The position numbers were made by a program, and so were the translations under genes. Below the pieces are notes generated by a model. That model did not search any database. It saw nothing but the letters and a program-made list of their open reading frames with translations, and was not told the origin of the DNA. DNA of 64,000 nucleotides from Laetmonice hystrix. Its lineage: Eukaryota. Shown piece after piece: positions 28,091 to 41,408 of the stretch (position 1 is the stretch's first letter; each line of letters begins with the position of its first letter). The stretch lies in assembly GCA_965235115.1 (NCBI GenBank), contig OZ249436.1:14200001-14264000 (forward strand), in the 5' to 3' direction.

Positions 28091-28941
28091 CACCGGTGTG
28101 ACTAATTACCGAAATCTACCGAAATCTACCGAAATCTACCGGAATTCAGAAACCCCATGACTAATTACCGAAATCGACCCCCAAACTTACCGAAATGGAC
28201 GTCTAGTTGTGTTTGGGAGCCCCCAAACTTCCCGAAATGGACCTCTAGTTGTGTTTGGGACCCCCCAAACTTCCGAAATCGACCTCTAGTTGTGTTTGGG
28301 AGTCCCCAAACTTACGGAAATCGACCCACTCTAATTGGGTTTGGGAGCCCCCAAACTTACCGAAATCGACCTCTAATTGGGTTTGGGAGCCCCCAAACTT
28401 ACCGAAATCTGGGGGCTCCCAAACACAACTATAGAGGTCGATTTCGGTAAGTTTGGGGGCTCCCAAACAACACTAGAGGTCGATTTCGGTAATTTGGGGG
28501 CTCCTATAAACCCAATTAGAGGTCGATTTCAGTAAGTTTGGGGCTCCCAAACACAACTAGAGGTCGATTTCGGTAAGTTTGGGGGCTCTCAAACACAACT
28601 AGAGGTCCATTTCGGTAAGTTTGGGGCTCCCAAACACAACTATAGAGGTCGATTTCGGTAATTTTAGGGGCTCCCAAACCCAATTACAGAGGTCGATTTT
28701 GGTAAGTCTCGGGGCTTCCCAATACTATTAGAGGTCGATTTCGGTAAGTTTGGGGGCTCCCAAACACAAAGTTCTAGAGGTCAATTTCGGTAAGTTTGTG
28801 GGCTCTCAAACACAACTAGAGGTCGATTTCGGTAATTTTGGGGGTCGATTTCGGTAATTAGTCATGGGGTTTCTGGATTTCGGTATATTCCGGTAGATTT
28901 CGGTATATTCCGGTAGATTTCGGTAATTAGTCACACCCGTG
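28091..28941. mobile_element. 851-bp foldback element with CAC...GTG ends and inverted 42-bp tandem arrays (CACTA/Chapaev-like)
   Basis: Ends CACCGGTGTGACTAATTACCGAAATCTACC and GGTAGATTTCGGTAATTAGTCACACCCGTG. A ~42-bp unit (CGAAATCGACCTCTAGTTGTGTTTGGGAGCCCCCAAACTTAC) occurs about 5 times forward, then about 10 times inverted, with the axis near 28409. No TSD. Confidence 0.8.
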
Positions 28942-31900
28942 GACTAGTAGGAATTGGAACGAGTTGCGCATGTCCGAGACTTTGGCTCCCTTATGCTAAT
29001 CTCCTACCGCAGCGTCTCAGTATCGCCAGAACTAGTCAGAGTGCAAACACCCCTGTCCACTTAGACTCGCCCTGGTCGTCCCTGGGCCCCGAACATGGAT
29101 ACCATTCTTGTAAGCGTGCTACACGCCAACTTGTTGTTCGCGTTTGTGATCTCTCTCTTGCATTTGCGTGTTTGAATTTGTTTTCGCGGTTTTTGTTTTG
29201 TAATTGCCGTTTTGGCGTTTGCGTTTGTGTTTTCTCTTTTGTTTTTGCGTTTTTGAATTTGTGGTCGTGGTTTCTGTTTTGTAATCGCCGTTCTAACTTT
29301 TGCGTTTGTGTTTTCTCTTTTGCATTCGTCGTTTTTAATTTGTAAACGTGTTTTCTCTTTTGCATTCGTCGTTTTTAAGTTGTAAACGTGTCTCCTCTTT
29401 TGTAATCGTCGTTGGCACTAACCGGCCACCGTATTGAAATGACAAATACGTGACTATTGGAACATTTTAATTATCTATGTTCATTCCCCATCAGTTTGAA
29501 ATGTTTGGCAGATGTTTATTTCTGTTGGTCCCGAACCATGCTTCCATGGCTGAGATGTTGGTTGTTTCATTGAACACAGCGATTATATTATACACATGAG
29601 CAGAGACAAAGATTGGGATCGCGTTGTTCTATTCTGAATTGTAATAAGTCTGACCGCAGGCTAGACCTGACATATAACTGCACAAGCAAGCCCCTACATC
29701 ACCCATAACAATGTCACACCACTAGCTGTGTGTGCCAGCTTTGTCAACTTAAATCATCAAAAAGACGTACTACAGAAGATGTATTTTGGTGTCCTATTTG
29801 GCGGCCTTTTGTATCAGAATCTTGAATCACGCGTGTACGAAAATTTTTCTTGGTTTCCAACCTAATAGGACCAGCCCCTTTCTTGTCTCTGTTTTTGAAG
29901 GGTGGATATGGGTTCTGCTGAACACATTTATTTGTGTGTGTTCAGGAGATTGAACAGAATGTATAATTACAGTGCCTGCCAGAACTCTGAAAATATAGGA
30001 TAAAACATCTACCTTTTCTCCCTTTGTCGTGAATGGAGGGCATGTTCCTCTGTGCTAGTCGATTACTTAATGTCCTGAAGTGTCAGTCAAAACATATAAA
30101 AATATTTCCATAACTCTGATTCTGCAGATCATAAAATGCACTTGTCATCCTTTAAGAGACCCTGACGAGGTGGAAAGGCACTGAGTGTTAATTGTTTCCC
30201 AATGCCTTGCAGGCTTTAGCCGATCAACAGTGCAAGCTTTGTTTGTTTTTACATGTTTTACCTTTAAAATCTTATCTCAAAACGACATAGCCGACGCAGA
30301 AATTAATGGCTAATTCAGGATAGGCGTCTTAGAGCATTTTTTCGCAGCTTTTGATGATCAGCCATTCTGCACCACGCGGATCGACAACTTTCCCCATAGA
30401 TTGTAACCTTTAAGACACTTGGCCCATCACATGTTAACAGCTGCAGAATTGAATCGTGTTTAACACTTTCACATCGCTAACAAGGCGCTTGCACGAACAC
30501 TTTTTGTGTCTTCAGGTGCTTCATTTAAACTAAAATATATAAATCAAACGCTTGTTAAAATGTAATCGGGGGAACATTTATTTCAAGCATGATGTCAAGG
30601 TTCGTGTTTTATGACCATTGTAACAGTGAAGCTGCTATTGAATTGTGATCTGTTTGTACATGTCCCGCAGCCTCACAATGCCAAGAGAAGACGTACAATA
30701 TTGAAATATTGAAGGTCCACGTCTTCAAATGCTGCCAAACGCGAGCCAGCAATGAAGATATAGGAGCGCGGTTGTACACAAACCATAGCAACCGAACCGA
30801 CTGTTCTGGCACAGTGTCAACCTGGGAGACAGTCGACCAGTGTTTAACAGATTTTTTATACGGAAAAGCTACCTGAGTTTAGAGCACTTTTTTTGTCTTC
30901 AAATGCAGTGTTCTTTCTTCCTGTAGCCAGTTTCTTTGAGAAAAGCAGGGCCCATATATCCAGTAACAGGTGAAGCGCTGGGAAAGTTCTGCAGTAAGGG
31001 GCTTCATCGCTAGCTCAAGTAGCTTTGAAAACCTCTGCGGTCGATTATCTTCTCAAATATATTGTATGACAACACAGTGCTGCCTCAGTAGAAATGTGAG
31101 TCAGTCTGAATGAAAATTAAGACATTGCGCTATATGCGATCTAGAACATTTGTCTTCGATGGCATCGTTCGTGACAAGGAACATTTAGCGGAGAAACTTG
31201 TCATATATTGCTTTCCACCTTCGCCGATGTAACATGAAAACACGTGCAACTTTCAACAGACATGTCTGATGCTGGCCTATCAGCTGGGGTTGCGTTGGCG
31301 TTAGCGAACAGACACGTTGCGTGCAGGCAATAGATTCCCTCATATATAGAAATATGTCTCCACACAGCCAGCAAGACTATGAAATAAACTGTGCATTGTA
31401 TTCTTAATTACCGGGTGCTGTCTAAGGAACCGTCTTCATGTTTGCTAAGAAGCTTGTGCTGAAGAAAGCTAGCAGATTCCAAGCATGGGTGTGGTGGAAA
31501 GACTGGGCAGGGCAAACCGAACTAGAGGGTTGGTCCAAAGAGTTATATTACGCTCTTTGGTTGGCCCCCGGCAACTCACTGATTGATGTCCTAACATCCT
31601 CTCAGATTTATGGACTGTAGGATTAATGCACAGGTTCCCCATGATAGTGTTTTAGTGTTTCATATCACGCCTGTTTCGGAATGTTGCTGCTTGAGAAACA
31701 TAATTACATGTATATTCTCATAATTCCCCTGCTGTCATATTGAACTAATGAGAATGTTGTCGGTTGTTTTGACGGTCTGAAGTCGGTGCTGGTGGCTTTA
31801 CCAATATTGGCCGAATGACCGTCTTATTGCCATTCGAGCGCTCGTTATCCCCATGCAGATTGTGGTCTGACAAGTCGCGATATTTTGTGTTTTATACGGT

Positions 31901-33015
31901 GTATGCATAGCTCAGACAACTATTGCTGTGCCCAGATATATTTCCTCAAACTTGGCCGGGTCTACGTTGGCCCGAAACTTTCACTTTCATTCTGTCCTCT
32001 GTTCGCCCGGACAAGAAAGGGCGGAGAGATTTGATACACATGGGATATGTTTCTCACAACGAGTGGAACAGAAATGGGGGGAAGCAGACCATCTCTCATG
32101 AGTCCCGAATGGGAGATAACCCTGGCAAGGTGATGCTAGATAAACGGCGCTTGTGCTCTGGGAGAATGCTGTATTATCAAACACGTTCCAGATGTGCTGA
32201 AAGGTCCCAGAGAGAAAAGACACCATAAATCATATATATATATATCACAGTTGTAACTTACTTATTTGTGCAGATATTCCCTGCGGATCTAATCTAGTAT
32301 AGGCACCCCGAATAGAACAAAATGCCAGAACGGTATATGTTATCTCATAGGATTTAGGCAAATTTATAACATATCACCTGCGAAGGCAAAGATCCTTCGT
32401 GTTGCAAAAAGCAGTTGAGGATTATGAAATGGTTTAGTGAGAAGGATCTAAATATGGCGCTCGGGCCTGCTTTCAAGTAACATGGCGCCAGTTTCTGTCA
32501 TCGTTAGTGTAGTGCAACTCCCCCAGGTTAAAGGGCCACATGGCCACCAGATTAGCATTACCCTGCTATTTTGAAACCCAGGTGCAGAATATACGCTGGT
32601 ATATTCTTAGCATATCCTAGAATATCATGGGCTCCTAGCCAGTGCTTGACGATGAACTGAGGTCCAGGCTGCTTATCGGGCTATCGTACTTTGTTGTAGT
32701 AGAATCTCTTTCAATCGTCTAAGATTGAATATATTCCCTGTAGCCCAAATTGAGATATTAAAAGCTACTAGAGATCTGAAATGCACAGTTATTGCTTCGG
32801 TATATCTGTGGATAGGGACATGCTCGATGAGGTAAGAGTCAGGCTGTATAGAAATCAATTACTATTACTCATGCATTTATTCCGTGCCATCAAATTAGAT
32901 CAATAGGTTTTTTAACATGTAAACTCCTATGAAGATTATGGTCCTATGAATTATCCCCCTTGGGGTAAGAAGGATCCTTAGCTCAACCCCTGGCTGTTCG
33001 TAAAAGGCGACAAAT

Positions 33016-33399
33016 GGGGCGAGGGTTGGTGTGGGGTAGTGGTCGAGTGTGGGATTGCAAAATCATCTGCGTGGCACAGATTGATTTCCGTCCTTCCGGA
33101 ACCATCTTTCCTCACTGTCCCTCCCCAGTGCTCCGCAACTGGATCATCAAAGGCTTTGGTATGTCCAGCCGTGTCTGTGCGACTGGGCATATAAAATAAC
33201 CCTTGCCATTGTTCGTAAGGAGTAGGGGATTGCCTCCCGGTGGCAGGTTTCTTTCTCACTTCATCCTCATCATCACCCACCCCCTGGGACTCGGGGGTAA
33301 AATAGGTCCCTTGCTGGTTCCTATCGCCCTGAATATGACTGAAATACTGTCGACAGGGCGTAAAACCTCCAATTCACTCACTCACTCAATCACTCACTC
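33016..33399 (+). mobile_element. tRNA-derived SINE, probably with a Meta core domain and (TCAC)n tail
   Basis: Degenerate A/B-box head (GGGGTAGTGGT ... AGATTGATTTCC). The central ACTGGATCATCAAAGGCTTTGGTATGTCCAGCCGTGTCTGTGCGACTGGGCATATAAAATAACCCTTGC resembles the MetaSINE core from memory. The 3' end TGACTGAAATACTGTCGACAGGGCGTAAAAC is followed by a TCAC repeat tail. Confidence 0.75.
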
Positions 33400-36300
33400 C
33401 TACCAAATTATACAAGTGGCTAACTCATATAAACGTTTTGTACTCAGTCACAGATATCCACAGAATATCCTTTCACATTTCTTATCACCCTGGGGTCCTA
33501 CCTTCGAGACCAATACAGATAACTTGAATCATGCATCAGCTCTTCCTACCTGAAAAAAACCCTAAGTTTCATGTCAGTGTTACAAGACTTACGTCATCAG
33601 GTAGGAGAACCTGCATGGAAATACTGCCAGACAAGTACGTGTAACGAATCTGCGATCAAGGCAGCGTCATTTACTGTGTGTAAAACTAGGGAAACTGAAC
33701 AGACTAACGTGGGAGACTGTTGTGGCTGGAGGTGATGGGACACGTTTAACTCCATGTTTGTACGTCCACTGTGTTTATCTCCACCTTGTCCCTTTACAGT
33801 ACATACAAACACTTGTCACTCTAGTTCTATCCCGATTGTGAAATACAAAATTATTGAAAGACGTTTCTCACAACTATGAGGGTGTCTATGGTTGCCAGGA
33901 CAGTTAGTTCGGTTACCTGTATGAGGTCATGAATCAGGTACCAGCCTGCAATGAAAGGGTCACAGCCAGATGTAGGTGAGGAGTGCGGATATTTATCATG
34001 TTGGCCCGCAACTTGAAGCCGATAGCATCTCGAAACTATCAGTCCAGCTGGGCCTAGGTGTCAGGTCGTACAACTGTACAGCAGTGTCCACCTCTTAACC
34101 CCTCTTACGTTACACCTTTGTAACTCATTCACAGTGTTTTGTGTTGGGCCAAAATAAAATCACACGCTAAGAAACCATTTGCCCTGTCTGGATGTCATAG
34201 GTATGTCTTATGGACGAGTAGCTGGGTCAGGCGCTGCACCGTCGGTCGTGTATCTAACCGGGGGGCCCGGCTCGCCGGCCCGGCTCGGCGTGGAGGTGTA
34301 TGGGGCGGCGACCGACCACAGGGGTGCCGTTCGTATCCCAGGTAACACCAACCACTCGAGTATCGGATACATGTAGCCCACGGATCGCCACAGCCGTGGC
34401 CGGCTGGAGTCGGACACGGAGCGAGTCAAGGCCACTGCACAGACACATTTAACGACGTTTCTTCCAAGTGGAATTGATGAGACCTGAGGGAAAATGGTAG
34501 AAATACTGTTTTGGTTAAACTGCAAACATTCGCGTGTAGGAGGCTTCCTCATTATCTTACTCTGAGGACGATGTTTTGTTTTTAAAAACATGCCTCTAAT
34601 CAAAGGTTACCTAGCAACACATAAATAAAAGTAAATGACCGTGGAATTCATGAAACTGTGTATCGTTTCACCTATCAACCTGTTATGACGATCGGCCGTA
34701 TCAACAACTTTTCACTTTGTCCGCTGCTAATGCCACTTATTGCTTTACAATCGCGATGGGCTCAAACAACCAAAGACCGCTTTAGATTGGATCACGGGAA
34801 TAAAATATTGGAGGAGCCAGAATGAGTTTCGGAGTGCATCTGTTTGCTATGGATGCATGGTAAAGCAGATACCTGTTGTTCATAGTCCGTGAAAGGCGGG
34901 ATACCTCTTGTGGCCAGATAGAATCTTTACCACCTTCAAAGTAGAAATACCAGGCGTGTCGAAATGACTGCGCCGGTTTCTCTATAAGGGTGTGCCACAG
35001 GGACACGCTATAATACAGGTCGCAGGGGGATCTTTATAAAGTGAATAACTAAGGAATAGCCTCCAGTAGAAATGCATTGAAATCATTATTTGATAAATAA
35101 ATAAATATAAATTTATATTAGCATTAAGTGGAGTGGGTTAATCCCTGGCAGTGTGTGTGTGGTAAAAATTGATGTGTGGCAGGTAAAAACTGACATGGTG
35201 AAGTGTACGGTGGCTTCACACACCTTCATAATATCACTGCATGCTCTGCACACCTTGGAAATATACTGAATTTAAGGTGGCGACCATCACAAATAACTGG
35301 ATTTTACGTGAGATTTTAGCCGCTAGCAAGCATCAGGATTCACCTAAAGGATGGGTGTCATGTTACGCCTACCACCTTTGGCACGGAGTACATCACAAAA
35401 TGAGTTAACCTGTCCTCATGCCCTTTATGTATGGATCCCAGGTGCACGCTAGTACCTCCAGATTGAGTGCTTTACTGTAAACATACTGTACTGAGCACTT
35501 GCATACAAATCATGAACGGGTTCCATCTGCAATATCTGAAAATGAATAACCTTGTAGTATTTTCAGGGTGAGGAAAGATTTTACTAAATATAGCTGGATT
35601 GGGGGTTTTAGAGTAGGACTTAAGTGGTAGAGAACACTTAATTTGGCGGTAAATCACTGTGGTGTGGAAAAAGTTTACAGCCGCGGATTGCTCTGTGGTA
35701 ATATTGACATTAGGTTTCTAGGCGCGAGTTAGCACCTCTCGTGTGGATCCAGGTAGTTGATAAACAGATCAGTGCTGGGATTACGCCCCCAGTGCCATAC
35801 AGCCACCAACTGGAGCCATGTTAAAAGTGGAAATACATTTTAAAATGCCTTATGAACCCTTCTGTGGCAAGCACTTCCTTAGTATGGAATATACGCAGTC
35901 TCCAGACAGCGGCAAAATATTTGCCTCTAAGGAATATTCACCGTTTTTGTGCATGTTTTACGTTTCTTGAAAAAGCCCTCTGTCCAGGCATAGTGTGTCT
36001 AGTGTCTAGGGCCTGACTACGTCAACAGAAAGGACGGTAAATGAGGCAGGAACGGAGTGTATACACACCTCGACGTGCAGCAGGAATCAAGACATACCGG
36101 CACGTATGAAGGCAAGAAAGTAACCCGGGAAAATGACAAACTATTCCAACTCTGACGTGACATGTGACTGTGACATGTGATTCCGCATGTTCCCTAGGGG
36201 TTGTTACATTCCTTTATTGAATAATGTTTATGATTTTAGGAAGAAATTATTTTAATTTATATATGCTAGCAGGTAAGTCTTGATAATGTCCGGTAACCAT

Positions 36301-38360
36301 ATTGTTCATTTAAAAAAGCACCATCGATGCCCCTGTAAAAAAATTAATGATCCTGGAGAGAATATTATTTGATGTTCAGATATCAGATAATGATGAAGAT
36401 GTGTGGGTCCGGGGTCAGCGTTTAATTAATCAACCCGATGGCAGTCAAAAAAACTTGGAGCCAGAAACATCCAGTAAATAGAACACCGTGGGTGGCCTGA
36501 CAGCTCGGTTTTTCTCATAAAACGAGTCTTCATAGAAAACCAATAAGAAAAACGAGCAAGGTTCAAAGGTCTTGAAAAGTGCGAGTGACCGAAGGCTAAT
36601 CAGGTAACCCGCAGCTGTTTACAGTAAGGTTAAGATTATGTAAGGCCATCATAACAGTAGGTACCAAATTACCGAGGCTGTCAGTATATGTCGTATCCCA
36701 CTGGGTGTAGAATACGATATGAGTGAAGACGTCTTGTCAAACTATAGCTCACAGACCATGCTGAATTGAGAATCGCTTCAGGTTCCATTACAAACACTGC
36801 ACTATTCCTTAAGACAAGCTAACATTATTAGACTGGCTCTCTTCCCTTCTTACCCATAAATATTGAAAGGTTAGGTAAAGCGGAAATAGATGCATTGATA
36901 AATACTACAGATAATGTACCTTATACATCCCCTGAGCATTCTAAAGGATCCTTTTAGCTTTCAGGTCTGGCGCTATACATGAGGAAAATCCACTTTTCCC
37001 GGTTAAAAATGCTTGGAGCATCCTAACCTGTATCAAAGTTTGCCTGCCAAATGGGCAGACGAACATTGCCAACTTACATGGTCACAGCCACTGGCCCCGA
37101 GTGTCACCTCAATATTAATATAGCCTCTGGCCTAATGGCTCCTCGGAGCACAGTAACGTATCTCTGAATGTCTAACCCTACATGGCAGTCTTCTTGCAAA
37201 GTAGTGGGGAAGTCAGGATAATCTTCTCAGAGCAGTGTCGCTGCAGGTAATTTTACTCATAAATTTGTATTTGGTTTCACTTTAATACAGTGTGTAATGC
37301 AACTTATACGTGATCATCCATTAATGGAATTCCATTAGATCCTTATAGCAGGGGCCCGGCAAAGTAATGTGGGATTTCTATATGGAAGTACAATGAGGTA
37401 TTTATAACGGTTATTAAGATAGGGTGAGTTACACTCATGGAACATGGATCATGGGAAATGTTCATTATACGGTAGTGTACATCCACAAACCAGATAGCCA
37501 TCTGGTCAATATAGCTAGTCCCCCCTACTATTGATGGTATTATCTCTATAATACTGGACCAGAAGAAATGTATGGGACTATTTGAAATGATAGATTCCCA
37601 AGAGAACCACAGTCGTAATTGCATCGATATGCTGTTTGAGCTTCAAGCCGTGCAGAGCGACATGCCGACGAATGAATGGAGGGTATATACTATACTGATG
37701 ATATTAATGGTGTATGGTGATAGACGTCTTGCTAACCGCCCCGTCAGCACCCCTGACCTTCGTACCCTCTATACGGACGTCCTGGGAGTCGGAATCCCAA
37801 GCTGCCCCCACCCCCTCACCCCTCTCCGCTAAACCAATCCAGGGGGAAAAAGCTCCATCTTGTTTAATACAGGCTGTAATGTCAACCAGATTCCATTTCT
37901 GCCAGCCGGCCCAGACAGTTGGCCTCTCCAGCCAAACATTCTATCGACTCTATTCAGGCTTCCAGTCAATATTAAGTGGCCCTTTTCGGTGGCACATTCG
38001 CAGAGGTGTGGTTGTGTATATGTGAAGGGAGTTAGAAGTTTTACTGTAAACCCCGTGCATTTTGGCCACATGTAAATTGTATTTGCCATTTAGGAAAATT
38101 GTATTAGGAAAATTGTTTAGGAAAGAGTATACTCGATCTATAAAATATTTTGCATTGATGATTATGTATATACAGGGAAGAACCCAACTAAAAGTTTTAA
38201 TACGATAATTGTATTGTGGTATGAAATGAGTTTGCGTTTCGTGATAGAATAACGGAAACAGAAAACTACATGATGCCAGTTCGGTGTATTGAATGAAGGA
38301 TTTTTGGTAGGCCCCTATGTCGTGAAACCAGATTGGTGGTAAATCCACGATCAGTTAAGG

Positions 38361-38385
38361 TGGGGGGGGGGGGCGGGGGGGGGGG
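38361..38385. repeat. Poly-G tract
   Basis: Two long G runs separated by a single C. Confidence 0.8.
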
Positions 38386-40019
38386 CATAAATTCGATCAG
38401 AAGAATTTATATAACGATCGTTGTCCTCGCCTTTTAATGTGTTAAAAAGTAGGTCACACCCAGAATATTCTCTGTTTGCAGTCTGAATGGGCCCAACTTT
38501 AGACTTTTCTGATAAACCTATCAGGTCATTTAACTAAGGTAAAAAAATAAGCTTACTCCTACGCTCACGCTAGATCCACTTCTGTAGATATGACTATCGT
38601 ACCTCGAAACACCCAGTAGTTCTCTCTCGTGTCCAATCCAATCTGAAGTTTTCCATTATAAAAGTTTTAATGTAGCCAAAGTAAAATACTAGTAACTAAA
38701 ACATGATGATGACCACGAACCTGGTGGGGCCACCCCGTGATATCGCCACCACAGCGACACTCTGCCCTGGGAGGAGGGTGGCAACAATTTGGTTGGTTTC
38801 CGTCGTTTTTGTCGCACCAGATGGTTTCTGATAGTGACAGTGTATCTTGTTGCTGTCTGGTTGAAGTACATGTACATACATATATTAAACCTACAAAGCA
38901 ACCCAGCGACAGCGACCTAAACCTTGACAAGCTAAGCATGAAACGACTAGATCTGGCCTGGTGGTGTAAAATTCAGGTGACACGAACCCTTTGACTTGTA
39001 CAGCATATAAAAGAAAACCACAGACACTGGCGAGTATTTAATGAATCCCAGGTGACGGTTCTGTAAGAGAAAAAGTGGAAGCGAACGGTATTTACTCCTT
39101 CAGTTAACTTCAGAATCTGCAGACCAGCCACGAGCTGAGCTGGACCATCAAACGGTAACCGGCAGCTTGTATGTTATATATAGCGGGGGTAAATAATTTA
39201 TATTCCCTTTAATATGTCCTGAACACCGCCACCCCCCACCTCCACCACCACCACCACCACCTCCCCAGCTCGCTGTTGTAAGAGCTTTTATGTCTGGGGA
39301 TATGGTTTTTGAGCATGAAGAATGTCATATTAAAAGCCCTTGTCAAGGTTACTAGCAAACTGAGACAAATTTCTTCAATCTAAAAACAGTAGGCCTATAA
39401 ATGCCGATATGGTATCGTTCGATAACTTGGAAACCAAGTTGCTTCCTCTAATGTTACGTGACCAGAGAATCAAGTACAATTTGAAAAACAAGCTAGAATA
39501 GTTCCGACATTCGTCTTTATCAGTAAAATTATCCTGGAAATATTTGTCTGATTTTACAGTAGCTACTATATCCTCCAACTAACTAAATCAGTAAGAGATG
39601 ATTTCGTGTAATAAAAGTTCGCCCGTTGAACCATGTTTGACATTGGCTCAAATGTAGCCATGTTGAACTCTGACTTTATGTAACAATACGAAGAAGGATG
39701 TAAAAAAAGTTCCTGTTCTTAACATTTCCTTCCTGTTTATCTTATTGTATTAATGGATTATACTTTAGATTATCCTTAGATTCATAGATTCATTCCTTAT
39801 GCAGCGCAAAATGATTGGCAAGAGAAAAGTTAGGTAAGAAATCAACCGTTGGTTTGAATTCCCCATTTTGTCTTCAGTGGACGATAGAGACCCTGAGAAC
39901 TTGGTTATTGCATAGGGTATGAGAGCATTAAAATCTTCTGTTGAAGGAAACTTTTGTCACATCATGGCCTTGGTTGCAATCAATTTGGGGTTGGATTTTT
40001 CGATGTGTAGGTGTAGGCG

Positions 40020-40180
40020 CAGTGGGGGATCCAGGGGGGGGGGGCGGGTCCCCCCTGAGATTTTCCTATTTTTTTTATGAAGATGCATTAGTACAGTCGC
40101 AATCAAAACATGACAAGCGGATCAAGGCTAAACATTTTTTAGGTGCCCCCCCCCCTATCAAAATCCTAGATCCCCCACTG
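40020..40180. mobile_element. 161-bp CAG...CTG MITE
   Basis: TIR CAGTGGGGGATCCAGG and CCTAGATCCCCCACTG. Flanks TAGGCG and TAGGTG may be a 6-bp TSD with one mismatch. Confidence 0.8.
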
Positions 40181-41235
40181 TAGGTGTACTTAATGCAATT
40201 ATATAGGAAGTATACCTACACTACACGTAATTACATCGAAAAATTAGAGAAAATCACCACTCTCTCGTTATATTATTGCTTGAATAACCAAATTGTTGAC
40301 ACAGGGTAGCTTTTTACTTTCTGATTCAATGTAGCTTGAAGAAGTAAGTCCGAGTGTGTCCAAATTCTATGCAGGCATGCATGAAAAACAGTGTCATTTA
40401 AACTTCTTTTGCAACTTTAAACCTCAACATCTTATTGTACAAGCTCGCTCAATTTACACTCTTTCCTCAGTCGGTATTGTTTTTTATCTTGGTGACCCAC
40501 TGACCCCCTCCAGTAATCAGCATCGAGGGATATGTAGGCTTTTAGGCAGGCTTGCTTGTTGTCTGACCAGACTAAACAACCGTGGTAATGCGCCATGTGA
40601 CATGGTGACTGGAATTCTTTTACAACTCGCGCCATACCGACTCTGCCAGGCCCGTAATCAGCCTGCCTCCATCCACAATACCGCCGCCACATCCGCTTCT
40701 CGGCCCGCTTGTTTTGTTGATGTGCTTCAAAAACGTAAGGACGCAAGCAGCCGTCTGTGCACCCGTCCATGCTTCTTAACACATAGTTGGTTTTTTCTTT
40801 TATTTTCTTTCACATTTAAACCAGTAGTAGTACTGGTATGCCGGAATGTTTATTCAAAGGCTTCATGTTTTTGTTGTATTATGTATCAGATGTTCCAGCC
40901 ACAGATGCATAAGCTTAACTTTGACAGGATCAGATAATAATGGCGCGAGGCTTGTAGGAAGGCTTTCCGACTTGTTCTGTTCTGTTGGGGAAACCATGTA
41001 AGGTGACACCAGCAGATTTAATCCGCAAAAGTCAACGTACCTTTTACATTAGAGGCAGATTCGTTCGGTCGTAGCAACAGCTAACTTTCTAAGTTTATAC
41101 TTTCTAATTCCGTTTCGTAGCTTTGCAAGGTTTTGGCCCTAATTGAAAAACACAGTTGGCGAACGACGTCATGGAAGTATGACGGGCCTTGGGAATGAGG
41201 GCGGAGCAACTGGGAGGGGCAGGGAGAGTCTTTTC

Positions 41236-41287
41236 CTGTCTGTATGTCTGCCTATCTGTCTGCCTGTCTGTCTGTCTCTCCCTCCCT

Positions 41288-41352
<65 letters not shown>

Positions 41353-41408
41353 TCTCTCCCCTCTTTCTCCCCTTCTCTCTCTCCCTCCCTCCCTCCCTCC
41401 CTCTCTCT
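41236..41408. repeat. Compound microsatellite (CTGT)n-(CCCT)n-(CT)n
   Basis: Directly visible; it explains the low-complexity ORFs at 41104-41505. A MITE right end GATCCGCCACTG follows at about 41485-41496. Confidence 0.95.

Larger units (their letters stand above)
27425..29433. mobile_element. 2.0-kb non-autonomous long-TIR DNA transposon, IS3EU-like
   Basis: Termini TACGGTGGCCGATTAGTGCCAACGACG and CGTCGTTGGCACTAACCGGCCACCGTA. Exact 6-bp TSD TTGAAA at 27419-24 and 29434-39. Imperfect TIRs of more than 300 bp (27425-27757 vs about 29048-29433) carry ~20-bp CAAATACAAAAGCAAAACGA-type subrepeats. TAY..RTA ends with a 6-bp TSD fit the IS3EU group as I recall it. No transposase ORF. Confidence 0.85.

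Noticed and set aside
27314..29365. Lys/Thr-rich, Phe/Val-rich and WEPPN-repeat ORFs
   Set aside because: They are translations of transposon subterminal and tandem repeats.
30260..30412. Kolobok-like right end ...ATTGTAACCT|TTAA
   Set aside because: No nearby left end; at most a fragment.
36350..37700. Possible decayed non-LTR ORF1/ORF2
   Set aside because: Only vague motif impressions across many stops; not supportable by eye.
40356..40937. Longest ORF (193 aa)
   Set aside because: Non-ATG start, no recognisable domain, and no convincing splice context.
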